The translations under genes and the position numbers were made by a program. Source: a virus. From it: a stretch of DNA of 64,000 nucleotides. Location: the IMG/VR virus record IMGVR_UViG_3300027126_000006; one strand, 5' to 3'. This document shows positions 42,973-53,400 of this stretch, piece by piece. Below the pieces are notes generated by a model that saw only the letters and a list, made by a program, of their open reading frames with translations, was not told the origin of the DNA and did not search any database. Each line of letters opens with the position of its first letter. Position 1 is the first letter of the stretch.

Positions 42973-44684
42973 GTGATTACTGAGAAGTCGTTTTTCTTTT
43001 GTACACGGATCACATTATCGAACTTATCAACCATTTGGTCAACTTTATGACTGATCACGAAGATGTTGGTGTGCTCGCCAAACTGATTCATAATCGATAG
43101 GAAGTAATCTATCCCTCCTGCATCCAGGGCACCATCAAGAACTTCATCCAAGATCATAATGTTTGTGTTGACAGAGTTCTTCATCTTAGCCACCTGTCGC
43201 CATGTAAACAGGATTGCTAGATCGAGCCTTCTCTTTTCTCCTTCTGAGAACGACTCGTATGTGAATGTGTCTCTACCTCTTGACTTGATTGTCTCTTGGA
43301 ATGATTCATCAAGCTCAAACTTAGCAAAGAAGTCCATCGCAGCAAGGTACTTGTTGATAAGTTTGTTGATCACAGGCAGGTACTCGTGAATGATTGCCGT
43401 TTTAATTCCAGTATCCTTTAGTAGGATGGCGGCAACGTCATGTAGTTGCTTTTTCTCAAACAATTCAGTCTTCTGAGTAACCATATCGATCGCTTGCTCA
43501 GCCAATGACCTCAACCTTCCCTTCTCAGCAGTAACACTTGATTGATCTCCGTTAGCTGCGTCAATCTCTTGTTGAAGGGATTTGTTCTGTTCAGTCAATA
43601 GCGTGATGTTGTTCGTTTGCACACTCAAAGCGATCGACTTATCATGTAGAGCGTCAAGATATTTCTTTAGCTTATCCAATTGACCCTGTAGTTTAGTTTG
43701 CACAGCATCTGCTTCATCAAACTTTACTTGATGCTCCCTGATCTTCTCGTTGAGTTGCGAGATGATTGTATCCTTGTGAGATTGTTCAATATGTTGATTA
43801 CAGCTTGGGCAAGTTGTGTTCTCGGCAAAGAATCCAATAGTATGGCTGCAAGTATCGATGTTCGTTGCTGTCATAACTTTCATCTTAGATACTTTGGTGA
43901 TAGCATCAGCAACTTTATCTTGTTGATTCTTCTTAGCGCTAAGCTCCACTATTTCTGCGGTCAATTGAGTGACAGTAGTACTTGCCGTATCAATCAAGAC
44001 GTTATTCGCATCGATCTTTTGTTGTAGGGAGTTGATAGCGCTCGTGCGAGACTTCTCAATAGTCTCCACCAACTTTTTCTGGGCAAGGATCTTCTCGCGA
44101 TGAGACTTTATATCATTCTCGAGAGAATCGATCTGTGTCTTAACCTCGCTGATCTTCTCTTTCAAGATGTTGTTCATTAACGAAAACACTTTGATGTCGA
44201 GAATGTCTTCGATCACTTCACGTCGTTGTTGAGCAGGTAGCTGCATGAATGGAACAAATGTCGCTGATCCTAGAATAACAACTTGTGTGAAAGTCTTGTA
44301 GCTAAGTTTGAGGATTTGCTGCTCAAGTACTTGTTGGTAGTCACGAAGAGCTGCATCCTGATTGACCAGCTCACCGTTGCAGTAGATCTCAAACACGTTT
44401 GGTTTGATTCCTCGCTTGACAATGTAGTCTCTGCCGTTGGTGCTAAACTCAATCTCAACGAGACAGTTCTTCTTATTGATTGAGTTTACAAGCTGACCTT
44501 TGTTAATGTTTCGAAATGGCTTACCAAATAGAACGAACGTCAGCGCGCACAGTAAGGTAGACTTACCCTCTCCATTCTTCCCTGTAATCAGGGTTGACGA
44601 TGAGGTGTTAAGATCGATACTATTGGCTACACTTCCTGTACTTAAAAAGTTACGCCACGTGATACGCTTAAAAATTAACATCAC
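42969..44684 (-). CDS. gp46: Recombination endonuclease ATPase subunit (Rad50/SbcC-like)
   Basis: GKNGEGKS, CPSC hook, FSEGE, LDEVLD, ISH. Confidence 0.96.
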   Translation of the reverse strand: MMLIFKRITWRNFLSTGSVANSIDLNTSSSTLITGKNGEGKSTLLCALTFVLFGKPFRNINKGQLVNSINKKNCLVEIEFSTNGRDYIVKRGIKPNVFEIYCNGELVNQDAALRDYQQVLEQQILKLSYKTFTQVVILGSATFVPFMQLPAQQRREVIEDILDIKVFSLMNNILKEKISEVKTQIDSLENDIKSHREKILAQKKLVETIEKSRTSAINSLQQKIDANNVLIDTASTTVTQLTAEIVELSAKKNQQDKVADAITKVSKMKVMTATNIDTCSHTIGFFAENTTCPSCNQHIEQSHKDTIISQLNEKIREHQVKFDEADAVQTKLQGQLDKLKKYLDALHDKSIALSVQTNNITLLTEQNKSLQQEIDAANGDQSSVTAEKGRLRSLAEQAIDMVTQKTELFEKKQLHDVAAILLKDTGIKTAIIHEYLPVINKLINKYLAAMDFFAKFELDESFQETIKSRGRDTFTYESFSEGEKRRLDLAILFTWRQVAKMKNSVNTNIMILDEVLDGALDAGGIDYFLSIMNQFGEHTNIFVISHKVDQMVDKFDNVIRVQKKNDFSVIT

Positions 44685-45733
44685 TCAACTTCCATAGTTA
44701 TTGCTTCTACATACAGACTCTTCATAAACGATTTGATCTTCTCTTTGTCTGCATCTGTTTCGATACTATCAATGTAGTTGCTCAACACATCCATAGTATC
44801 TTCGAGATTGATCTCTTCACCAATCTCACCATCAGCAAACTCTGTCATATCCTCAACAATTTTGATTTCATAACATCCTCTACTGTATAGCTTTTGGATG
44901 TAGTTGTCAAATTTATATAAGTCTGTCTTATTGGATACTACAACTTTAACGAACTTATCTTCGAGGTCTTGAGAGTTGATGTCAACAAGATCCTTTGTGT
45001 CGTCATAGTCAATACGAACAAACACAGTATGAGGATTTTGCACAAACTCTAGCTTCCTCGTTGAGGTATCAAATACATGGAATCCTCGAGGATCATTATG
45101 GTCCTGCCATGTCATCTCATAAGGTGTTCCAACATAAGTGATGTTTCCTTTATGGGACTTGGTATGATAGTGGCCACTGAATACATGCTCGTACTTCTCG
45201 AACATCTCCATCGAGAGACCTTCATGAGATTCCATCCCTCTATACATCGCAAAGCCAGCGATCTCAAAGTGACCCAGACAAAGGTCAGACTTACTAGCCT
45301 TAATGAAGTTTATAATCTCAACTTCATTGTCCTTGCAGATCCAAGGAATGATGTCGATGCTTGTACCATCCATTAGAGTGTGCATCGTCGGCTTATCATA
45401 GATCCACACATTACCGTACTCAGCAAGTACTAGAGATGGAGAGTTAACCTCGAGACTCTCTCTTAGATAGATGTCGTGGTTGCCAATCAACGTATGTAAG
45501 GTAATGCCTGCGCTTGATAGTCGGTCGAACAAGTAGCGCTTCGATTCCTTCAGTGATTGGAAGTTGATGTACTTCCTCCGATCAAACAGATCGCCTAACT
45601 GAAAGATGTGCTTGATGTTTTCAGCAGCCATGTATTTGAGCAGGTCATCATAGAACCGCTCAAAGTGTTTGTGGAACAGGCTTAGATCATTGCGACACCC
45701 GATGTGAGTGTCGCCCAAAACGACAAACTTCAT
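44681..45733 (-). CDS. gp47: Recombination endonuclease subunit (Mre11/SbcD-like)
   Basis: GDTH, GDLFDRR, GNHD, SGHYH. Confidence 0.96.
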   Translation of the reverse strand: MKFVVLGDTHIGCRNDLSLFHKHFERFYDDLLKYMAAENIKHIFQLGDLFDRRKYINFQSLKESKRYLFDRLSSAGITLHTLIGNHDIYLRESLEVNSPSLVLAEYGNVWIYDKPTMHTLMDGTSIDIIPWICKDNEVEIINFIKASKSDLCLGHFEIAGFAMYRGMESHEGLSMEMFEKYEHVFSGHYHTKSHKGNITYVGTPYEMTWQDHNDPRGFHVFDTSTRKLEFVQNPHTVFVRIDYDDTKDLVDINSQDLEDKFVKVVVSNKTDLYKFDNYIQKLYSRGCYEIKIVEDMTEFADGEIGEEINLEDTMDVLSNYIDSIETDADKEKIKSFMKSLYVEAITMEVE

Positions 45734-45741
45734 ATTAATCC

Positions 45742-46272
45742 TTATTCAATGATATCGTCTAGCGTAGCCTTTCGCTTTTGCTTTGCCTTTGCTTTCCGTT
45801 GGTCATCTTTCGCGGCGGCCTCTACGAAGGAGCTTTGGCTTTGAAGGAGAGCCATATAGCCGGATGCAATAGCATCATCCTCATACCCAAGAGATTCAAT
45901 GAAATCTGGGGGAAGATCAAGGATTAGTTTGCCCTTAATCGTGGATTGTTTACCCTCTTTCTGGATTCGCCTGATGAAAGCGAAGTACACAATCTGGGTA
46001 AAGTATGAGAATGGATTTGACGACTTGGCAGGATCAAAGTTGTCGATGTACATCAAGCAGTTCTCGACCCCATCGGAGATCATCTCGTCTTTGAACGAGT
46101 AGTTGATGAAGTTCGATTTGTACGAAAGGTGCCTCGCAATCTTGAGGATACACTCGCCGATGTAGTTGCTAATTCCTGGTTTTTCTTTACCAGCAGCTAC
46201 AGCTTCTGTAACTTGTTGACGGTACTCGACGAGAGCTTTCAAGAATTCTTCATTGTTCACGTAATGGGACAT
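45742..46272 (-). CDS. gp55: Late sigma factor
   Basis: HYVNNEEF, NFINY, NPFSYFTQI..AFIRRIQKE. Confidence 0.95.
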   Translation of the reverse strand: MSHYVNNEEFLKALVEYRQQVTEAVAAGKEKPGISNYIGECILKIARHLSYKSNFINYSFKDEMISDGVENCLMYIDNFDPAKSSNPFSYFTQIVYFAFIRRIQKEGKQSTIKGKLILDLPPDFIESLGYEDDAIASGYMALLQSQSSFVEAAAKDDQRKAKAKQKRKATLDDIIE

Positions 46273-46301
46273 ATTGTACTTCCTTGTTTGTAGTTTTATT
46301 A

Positions 46302-46385
46302 ACTATATACCCAAACAACTTGTAAGTCAAGAAAAAGTTGACTCATATAAAAGTACAGCGTGATAATCAGTATGTCCGGTGTGAT
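46302..46385. promoter_or_regulatory. Back-to-back sigma70-type promoters (minus: gp55; plus: antisense, with conserved downstream motif)
   Basis: Minus TTGACT(46330-46325)-N17-TATAGT; plus TTGACT(46338-46343)-N18-GATAAT followed by CAGTATGTCCGGTGTGAT. Confidence 0.6.
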
Positions 46386-46747
46386 TAATGCTTTGTGTCA
46401 TTACCAGAGACATAATTGTTCTGCTTTATAAGAGCCTCTAGTCTATCTGCGTAAGTGTCTTCTTCTACAGATTCTTGCATGGCTTCGGCTTGGAACGCAT
46501 CTATCAAGTCTAGGAATCTGTACGATATACTTCTCGAGGCCGGCAGGCAAAACTGTACCCGGGCTTTTGGTATGTGGAATACAATTTCATCAGTGAGAGA
46601 ACAATACGGCAGTGTCATCACGCCATACTTTTCATCCATCCTAACATAGTAGGGATGCTCAACGATGAAATATGTATCTGTCTCTTCTAACAGGAAAGCT
46701 AGAAGGTCGTGACCGTCATGTAGACGGATAACTACTACTTCGGTCAT
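46385..46747 (-). CDS. Conserved hypothetical protein between uvsW and gp55
   Basis: IRLHDGHDLLA Sm-like start; T4-like synteny. Confidence 0.65.
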   Translation of the reverse strand: MTEVVVIRLHDGHDLLAFLLEETDTYFIVEHPYYVRMDEKYGVMTLPYCSLTDEIVFHIPKARVQFCLPASRSISYRFLDLIDAFQAEAMQESVEEDTYADRLEALIKQNNYVSGNDTKH

Positions 46748-46756
46748 ACGAACACC

Positions 46757-48232
46757 TCATAAATCGATTGTGGTTATCTTTACGGGAAATCCTTCTTCAG
46801 CATAGAGTTTATATCGTTCTGCCCCGTGCTTTAAGGTATGGTTCTTCCAACTCTTCCAGTGTAGGTCGTCAGTGATATCGAATAGGTTGCAGTACTCCTT
46901 ATTATTATTTAGGCGCAATCCACGACCGATTGATTGAAGGTTCCTGATACGAGACTTCGAAGGAGAGGCAAAGATGATGTTCTCAATTGACGGAATGTTG
47001 ATTCCTGTAGAGAATACCCCAAACGATGCCACAACGATTGCGTTGTTTATGCTAGACAGTGATCGTCTGACTTCCTCGCGTGAAGATACATCGGTGCCAC
47101 CATGAATAAAAAACACCTCTCTATCACCTGCTTTATTACGAATCATATCAAACAAAACAGTGCCATGCTTCTCAACGAATTGAAATAGTACAAGAGTGTT
47201 ACCACTACAGCTCAGAGAGAGGTTGCGGATTGTTCGATTCCTCTTCTCGTTTGTTACAAGAAAATCAATCTCATCCTGGTACTCCATCTTGTTGCATGCT
47301 TTGCGAACCTCATCAGGGTACTGCAGGAGGAGAGCCTTAACTTTCAGTTGAGCTAGCTTACCTGAGTCCTGTAACTTCTTTGTGGTAGTTACCTTATGTA
47401 CAGGACCAAATATACCCTCAAGTACAAGTCTGTTGATCTTCTTATCGTCAAGAGAACCTGTCGTACCAATCTTGTATGATGTAGCAGACATCTTCTCCAT
47501 GATTGTTGTTAGCGACTTTGCTTTGAATAAATGTGCCTCATCGCCAATCACTACACTAAACTGATCAAACCATTGCTTTGGCTGTTTGTATATAGATTGC
47601 CAAGTTGTAAACAGAATGTCTGTTTGAAACTCTTTTGGGAAGCCAGAATATAACTTTTGACAATGGTCTTTTACTTGCCACTGATTGGCCGACGAATAGT
47701 CCTCAAAATCTGAGAACATTTGCTCAACGAGAGACGTAGTAGGGACAACGACCAAGCACTTATGCGACTTATCAAGAAGCCAACGACAAATGGCATATAT
47801 GATAAGAGACTTGCCAGAACCAGTAGGACTAAGTAGCACCCGACGATGATAACGGAGAGCAGTATGTATAGCATCGTGCTGATAATCTCTAACTTCAATA
47901 GGAGATCCTCTCCCCTGTAATACAAGTCCTCTCGTAAAGTCTTCAATCTGCTCAATAGTGATGCCATCATCTCTTTTAACTTCGTTGATATGTTCAAGTT
48001 GATATCCATTGTTGTCAGCAAACTTAACTAAGTAGTCATATAGACCAACATAGAGAGTTTTTCGTATTTGGTCGTAGAGCCTAATTTTGCCATCCCAAAG
48101 TCGAGCCCGGTATTGTGGTGTAAACTTTGCCCCAGGATATTCAAAAGTAAAGTAGTCTGCTAGTTCAGACTCTACCCCACTCTCTGAATAAACTCGAAGA
48201 TGAACCTCATTCACTTTCTCGACTTTAATCAT
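46757..48232 (-). CDS. uvsW: SF2 RNA-DNA/DNA helicase
   Basis: SPTGSGKS, GDEAH, GTTGS, QSIGRGLR. Confidence 0.95.
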   Translation of the reverse strand: MIKVEKVNEVHLRVYSESGVESELADYFTFEYPGAKFTPQYRARLWDGKIRLYDQIRKTLYVGLYDYLVKFADNNGYQLEHINEVKRDDGITIEQIEDFTRGLVLQGRGSPIEVRDYQHDAIHTALRYHRRVLLSPTGSGKSLIIYAICRWLLDKSHKCLVVVPTTSLVEQMFSDFEDYSSANQWQVKDHCQKLYSGFPKEFQTDILFTTWQSIYKQPKQWFDQFSVVIGDEAHLFKAKSLTTIMEKMSATSYKIGTTGSLDDKKINRLVLEGIFGPVHKVTTTKKLQDSGKLAQLKVKALLLQYPDEVRKACNKMEYQDEIDFLVTNEKRNRTIRNLSLSCSGNTLVLFQFVEKHGTVLFDMIRNKAGDREVFFIHGGTDVSSREEVRRSLSSINNAIVVASFGVFSTGINIPSIENIIFASPSKSRIRNLQSIGRGLRLNNNKEYCNLFDITDDLHWKSWKNHTLKHGAERYKLYAEEGFPVKITTIDL

Positions 48233-48669
48233 CACATCCCTGCTAAGAACGCTTTCCACTTGATTCCATTGGATAGCTGGAAGTCTCTCTGTTTGATTTG
48301 CTGCATGATAGATTCAATTGCTTGGATCATAATATCTATGTAATCAAGACGTGATTGAATTTGCGAGAGATCCTCGTCTCCTTTGAGGAACTCGTCCATC
48401 TCAGCTTTGAGGGGCTTGTTGTATTGCCATGGCTCCCAACCAAGTTCTTTAAGTTCTTCACGAGATAGTTCTCCTCGATAGAACCTAAACTTAGTTTTGC
48501 GTAGGCTGTTATAATCAATATCCAGCTTAGTCTTTTTTAGCTTGGCGTCGATTAGTAATCTGAGGTATTTAGAGTGCAACTTTGCTGTTGCAGTGGAAGC
48601 CTCACCGAGATGGTTGTCATCTATAGCACTATCGGCCTCCCACATAATCAAGATTTCATCAAGTTTCAT
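48232..48669 (-). CDS. uvsY: Recombination mediator
   Basis: LHSKYL, FYRG, W.AFLAG; synteny. Confidence 0.92.
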   Translation of the reverse strand: MKLDEILIMWEADSAIDDNHLGEASTATAKLHSKYLRLLIDAKLKKTKLDIDYNSLRKTKFRFYRGELSREELKELGWEPWQYNKPLKAEMDEFLKGDEDLSQIQSRLDYIDIMIQAIESIMQQIKQRDFQLSNGIKWKAFLAGM

Positions 48670-48685
48670 AACAAACCTTATAGTG

Positions 48686-49231
48686 TCAAGTTATTTCAAA
48701 TAATGTATACAAGAATGTTGCCTGTCCTGCTAGATATGTAGTGTCGTTTGTTGTCGACTGGAGCATAATCGAACCCAATGAAGTTGGGTAGATGTCATGG
48801 AAGGTCACTGTGCGGATAGGATTGTTAAAGTTATTTAGTATCTTCAAAACACCATCCGAATATCCTGCTTGCAAGTCACTAGCTTGAGGAATCGGCTTTT
48901 GACTGGATATGTATGATGCATATTGAGTGCGCGACTTGGGGAATCCCAAACCGACCATCCAATCATAGATAGCCTTATAGTTGTTCATGGTTTCATCAAT
49001 CATAAACACAATATCAAGTTGGCCAAACTCAAGTTTATCACCTGGAATATGTGCGTTGGATAGTGGCGTTGCAAATTCCGCTTGAGGAAGGGTCAAGCTT
49101 GGGATAGTTGCTTCTTGGCAGAAGAACGATATGTCTGGTAGTTTATTTACAGCAAACATGAATCCATTTGACTGAAGAGGATTGATATTTGCTGGCACTG
49201 GGCAAGATAAGTTTCTTATGCTCATATTCAC
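48686..49231 (-). CDS. gp3: Tail completion/sheath stabilizer
   Basis: FFCQEATIP, IPGDKLEF, NYKAIYDWM; synteny. Confidence 0.88.
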   Translation of the reverse strand: MNMSIRNLSCPVPANINPLQSNGFMFAVNKLPDISFFCQEATIPSLTLPQAEFATPLSNAHIPGDKLEFGQLDIVFMIDETMNNYKAIYDWMVGLGFPKSRTQYASYISSQKPIPQASDLQAGYSDGVLKILNNFNNPIRTVTFHDIYPTSLGSIMLQSTTNDTTYLAGQATFLYTLFEIT

Positions 49232-49264
49232 CTTGACTGCTATAGTTGGCTGTTATATATTTAT

Positions 49265-49296
49265 CAAATGAAAAGGGCCCCGAAGGGCCCTTTCAT
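49265..49296 (-). terminator. Terminator after gp23 with cUUCGg loop, followed by a GATAAATA late-promoter variant
   Basis: AAAGGGCCC-TTCG-GGGCCCTTT-TCATTT. Confidence 0.9.
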
Positions 49297-49319
49297 ACTA
49301 CCTAGTAAAGATCCAAATC

Positions 49320-50606
49320 TTACATTAGATTTGTAACTTTAACTTTGCGATAGTAGTAGTTGGAGTTAGCTTGTAGATTGCTGTTATCGCCATCAAGCTG
49401 AACAAATGGATTGCTCACTAGGCCATAACGTGTCTTGAAGCCAATCTTTGGCTGGAATGTGTTTGGATCAACTGCACGAACCATTTGTAGAGGAACGTAT
49501 GGGCAGTAGAATAGACCAGCATCAAAGGCTGAAGTGCCTTTGTAACCAACTAGGAAGAACTGAGTAGCAGCAACGTTGGCCTGATATGGATCAACGTATA
49601 CACGATACTTGCCATTTAGAACACCAGCAAATGTTGTTGATGTGTCATCAACATTTAGACCTGTTGAAAGGGCTGGAGCATAGTCGAGAACACCGGCCAT
49701 GGCTAGGGCGGAAGCTACGTCAGCTGTACAGATGAGTAGGTTACCGCGGCCACGACGAGTCTGCTGGCCAACGGCGTTAGCTTCGCGCTCGATTTGGAAC
49801 AATAGACCTTTGAACTTCTCAACTGACCAACGGCCGTTGGCGTCAACGTCAAGGTCGAATGTACCAGCAGCAGCTGTACCAACCTGAGCACCAGCCTTAG
49901 CGACTGTGTAGATTGTACGAACGACTTCACGGTTGATCTCGGCGGTGATCTCTGTTGAGAGGATGTTGCTGAGTTCGCCTTCAGCGTCAAGACCATGAAC
50001 AGCCTTTAGGTCTTGTGCTAATTCTGTTGAGTACTCAGCCTTTAGAGCACGAGTCTTAGCAACAACGCTGGTCTTCTCAACTGAGAAAGCCATTTGTGGG
50101 AAAGTCTCGTTACCTTCAGCTGTAGCTGTAGCAATACCAGTACCTGTTGTATCGGTACCTGAGGTCCAGTTGGAACCTGCGTGTGTACCGGCACCGGCGA
50201 AGTCTGTATCAGCTTCATTGAAGAGAGCCTCACCACCGTTTTGTGTAGAATACTTGCTCTTCATTGCGAAGATTAGACCTGTTGGCTGTGTCATTGGCTG
50301 AACGCCGCAAACATCGAAGGCCATCATCTGTGGGGTTGAACGACGAACTAGGCTGATTAGAACTGGATCATAACCAGCAACGCCGCCTGTTGTGCCACCG
50401 CCGATGGTACCAATCTGACCTGAACCAACACCGTTAACTGGGCTAGCTTCGAATAGGGCTTGAGCTTGCTTGCCCATTTCGCGCTCTTGGTTCTCGAGTA
50501 GAACAGCGGTAACTTCCTTGCGGTAGTTGTCTTTGATTTGTGGTAGAGCGTCGTGGTTTAGAACTGGTGACCACTTCTCTACTAGTTGCTTACGATTTTC
50601 GGACAT
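49320..50606 (-). CDS. gp23: Major capsid protein
   Basis: GVQPMTQPTGLIFA, RALKAEYS.ELAQDLKAVHG, FYCPYVPL, GFKTRYG. Confidence 0.98.
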   Translation of the reverse strand: MSENRKQLVEKWSPVLNHDALPQIKDNYRKEVTAVLLENQEREMGKQAQALFEASPVNGVGSGQIGTIGGGTTGGVAGYDPVLISLVRRSTPQMMAFDVCGVQPMTQPTGLIFAMKSKYSTQNGGEALFNEADTDFAGAGTHAGSNWTSGTDTTGTGIATATAEGNETFPQMAFSVEKTSVVAKTRALKAEYSTELAQDLKAVHGLDAEGELSNILSTEITAEINREVVRTIYTVAKAGAQVGTAAAGTFDLDVDANGRWSVEKFKGLLFQIEREANAVGQQTRRGRGNLLICTADVASALAMAGVLDYAPALSTGLNVDDTSTTFAGVLNGKYRVYVDPYQANVAATQFFLVGYKGTSAFDAGLFYCPYVPLQMVRAVDPNTFQPKIGFKTRYGLVSNPFVQLDGDNSNLQANSNYYYRKVKVTNLM

Positions 50607-50617
50607 TTCTGTTATCC

Positions 50618-51517
50618 TTATTTAAGGTTGTCGAGTACTGACAGATAACCTCTCATATGAGCAGGAATAACCTTCTCTTCTGTTAGGGTGACTGGAGTAT
50701 CGGTGACTACGGATTCAACAACAGTTGTTGTTGCCTTCTTGTTTGTGAAATAGCTTTCACGAATTGTCTGAGCTTTCTTGGTAAATGTTTCAACGCCATC
50801 AAACTCGAGCTCTTCAACTAAAGCGTGGAACTTTTCTTTGTCAGTTTCGACGAGACCTTCTGAGAGTTCTGCGACGATCTGTGCAACCTGATATGTTGAT
50901 AGCTCTTTGTTCAACTCAACGTTTGAAGCAACTTGCTCATTTAGCTTAGCCTTTAGGTCTTCAACTTCCTCTTCGAGAGTTCCTAGTACATCAAACTTCT
51001 CTTCAGGAATATCAATGTAATGCTGCTCAAAGAGTGATTTTAGACCACCGACAAAGCCTTCAAGAATTTCAGACTTCATACCACTTTCAAGGGCAATCTC
51101 ATTCTGTGTCATCCACTGCTCGACTACGTAGTCAAGGTATCCATCAACTTTTTCAACTAGACCCTCTTTGATCTGTTCGACTTGTTCTACTAGTTTTGCT
51201 TCGTAGGATTCGTCGAGTTTAGCAACTTCTTGCTTAACACGGTTCATAACAGCAGCCTCAAAAATTGTAGCGGCTTTCTGTTTGAATTCTTCTGAAAGAT
51301 CTTCACCGTCAACTAAGGCGGCTACATCTTCTTGAATAGAAGCGATAGCTGGTTCTTCCTGAACTTCTTCAGTCTGCTCAGCTACAACTTCTTGACCCTC
51401 TTGCTCAAGATCAACGTTTTCTTCGATCTCTACTTCAAGAGTCTCTTCGACTTGTTCTTCCGCAACGTCAGCTTTTGACTCGGCAAGAATCTTCGCAATT
51501 TTTTGTTCGATAGACAT
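50618..51517 (-). CDS. gp22: Prohead core scaffold protein
   Basis: LSEEFK.KA.TIFEAAV, VDGYLDYVVEQWM; synteny. Confidence 0.93.
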   Translation of the reverse strand: MSIEQKIAKILAESKADVAEEQVEETLEVEIEENVDLEQEGQEVVAEQTEEVQEEPAIASIQEDVAALVDGEDLSEEFKQKAATIFEAAVMNRVKQEVAKLDESYEAKLVEQVEQIKEGLVEKVDGYLDYVVEQWMTQNEIALESGMKSEILEGFVGGLKSLFEQHYIDIPEEKFDVLGTLEEEVEDLKAKLNEQVASNVELNKELSTYQVAQIVAELSEGLVETDKEKFHALVEELEFDGVETFTKKAQTIRESYFTNKKATTTVVESVVTDTPVTLTEEKVIPAHMRGYLSVLDNLK

Positions 51518-51540
51518 AAAAATCTCCTGTTAACTTTTAT

Positions 51541-51548
51541 TATTTATA
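51541..51548 (-). promoter_or_regulatory. Late promoter TATAAATA
   Basis: Exact consensus upstream of gp22. Confidence 0.85.
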
Positions 51549-51580
51549 AAAACTTTTACTTCACATTATCCATTAATGTT

Positions 51581-52234
51581 TCACTTCAAGCTTTTCAGGA
51601 ATGCGTCAAACATTCTTGCTTGAGATTCCGCAACCTCCTTCGCGGACATTTTGAGAATATTTTCTTTGATGACTTCAGCCTTTCTCCATGAGTTGGTAGA
51701 AGCCTCATATACCCACTCAGCTCCTTCCATAACGCCATTGACAAATGCATCTGGTGCTGAAGGATCTGCTACAATATCTGCAGCAGTAGCTAAAACAAAG
51801 TCATCTTGTACAACGTTAACACCATCTTTCTCGACGAGAGACCCTAGGCCTCGAGACGACACTCCTAGATTAGCTCCTTCATCAATTAGAGCCTTGACAA
51901 TGTTACCGTATGGTGTGCTTAGAATTTTAGCACGACCAATCCAATTATTGCCATCTTCCTTGAGGGACTTAATCATCATACAAACGCGATCAAGGTTGAT
52001 GGTAGGTGAATCTGGATGACCTAGTTCTCCGTAAGCCTTATTCTTATCAATGTATTCTTTCGTATAAGAATTGACTGCTTGCTCCATGATCTTTTTGTCA
52101 TACCTACGCTTATTGCGGTTGGTGACATCTGCTTGAAGAAATACGCCTTCAATGAAGTAGTCCTTACTGCCTTTGCTATCCTTAGCTTCAACAATAAGTT
52201 TTACTTCTTCTGTATGTTCTTTAATAAGTCTCAT
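51581..52234 (-). CDS. gp21: Prohead protease
   Basis: GELGHP, GVSSRGLGS, DIVADPSAPDA. Confidence 0.97.
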   Translation of the reverse strand: MRLIKEHTEEVKLIVEAKDSKGSKDYFIEGVFLQADVTNRNKRRYDKKIMEQAVNSYTKEYIDKNKAYGELGHPDSPTINLDRVCMMIKSLKEDGNNWIGRAKILSTPYGNIVKALIDEGANLGVSSRGLGSLVEKDGVNVVQDDFVLATAADIVADPSAPDAFVNGVMEGAEWVYEASTNSWRKAEVIKENILKMSAKEVAESQARMFDAFLKSLK

Positions 52235-52238
52235 CTAA

Positions 52239-52661
52239 TTAGCTCCCTGAAACTGCTGGATTGTCAAGGGAACCAAACTGTTCTGGTTCAATAGTAGTCT
52301 TATAACCACCAATCTTACGTAGTTTTAGCCAACACTGACCGACCCCGCCAGTAATAGCAACTACAATATCAGAAGTGTTTCCTGTTGCTTCAGGTGGTAG
52401 TTGCTGTCCACTAAAGTCGATTGAATCTGCGGCAGATCCGAGTAGTGTCATTACTACTGTACCATTGCGTGTTATGGTAATAACTGAGGCAGCATCCCCT
52501 GTCCAGGTAACACCAACAATGTTAACAGTCTGAGTGCCACCATCAACTACTTGGCCTGTAGCTTGTAGTGTGTTGATATCAATCGTCTCTGTAGTAGAGG
52601 CTGCCCCGTAAACTTTGACGATTGTCTCAGCGTGAGTGTTTTTAACAGTGGCTTGTGCCAT
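52239..52661 (-). CDS. Hypothetical virion protein
   Basis: Beta-rich ORF inside the head cluster. Confidence 0.6.
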   Translation of the reverse strand: MAQATVKNTHAETIVKVYGAASTTETIDINTLQATGQVVDGGTQTVNIVGVTWTGDAASVITITRNGTVVMTLLGSAADSIDFSGQQLPPEATGNTSDIVVAITGGVGQCWLKLRKIGGYKTTIEPEQFGSLDNPAVSGS

Positions 52662-52664
52662 ATC

Positions 52665-53210
52665 TTATTCCTCTAATAGATTAAGTACTTCAAGAAAGTT
52701 GTCCTTACTTTCTCTCATATACTGAACAACATCTTGATGCTCTTTGAATATATTATTTAGCTGTCGTTGTGTGCCCTCAGATATAACTACAACACTGCCG
52801 TCATCTAACTTATAATCCACGCACCCTTCTACAATCTTATCAATTTTGTTAAGAAGTCTAATGTCTAATGACACAGGATCAAGAGTAAAAAATTTAGAGG
52901 AAGCCAGCTCAACATATGACTCAATTAGAGTGTTAGTAACCTTTACTGAGCTATGATGAGATCTAATAATATCAGCAATTGTTGTGTCCGACATCTCTTC
53001 ATATAACTCTTGTTGGATGTTCTCTTTTATAATCTGCTGATTGATATGATCTCTTGCTTCCTCTACACAACTAAATTCTGTACACTGGCCGTCAATAAAA
53101 ATGCCATTCTTAGTTTCAACAATACTATGATTGAAAAACTGGGACTGAGATATAAACTCCTCTCCAGTTACAGCTTCACAAACAAATGATCGGAACTGTT
53201 TGAATTGCAT
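52665..53210 (-). CDS. Prohead core protein-like (gp68 position)
   Basis: MQFKQFRSFVCE start; position between gp20 and gp21. Confidence 0.55.
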   Translation of the reverse strand: MQFKQFRSFVCEAVTGEEFISQSQFFNHSIVETKNGIFIDGQCTEFSCVEEARDHINQQIIKENIQQELYEEMSDTTIADIIRSHHSSVKVTNTLIESYVELASSKFFTLDPVSLDIRLLNKIDKIVEGCVDYKLDDGSVVVISEGTQRQLNNIFKEHQDVVQYMRESKDNFLEVLNLLEE

Positions 53211-53211
53211 A

Positions 53212-53400
53212 TTACTCTTCTGTGGTACCTTCTGTGGTGTCTGCATCTACTGCAGGAGACTTAAACATATTCTGTGCGACATCTTGTCGCATCACATCTA
53301 AACGATCAGCAATACGACTGGCCATAGCAGCCTCAAAAGAGGACTGAATAGCAACCGAATCGCCCGACTCAATTGCATCAATTAATTCACGTGTACTCAT
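53212..53400 (-). CDS. Prohead core protein (gp67-like)
   Basis: Small acidic protein directly after the portal gene. Confidence 0.65.
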   Translation of the reverse strand: MSTRELIDAIESGDSVAIQSSFEAAMASRIADRLDVMRQDVAQNMFKSPAVDADTTEGTTEE

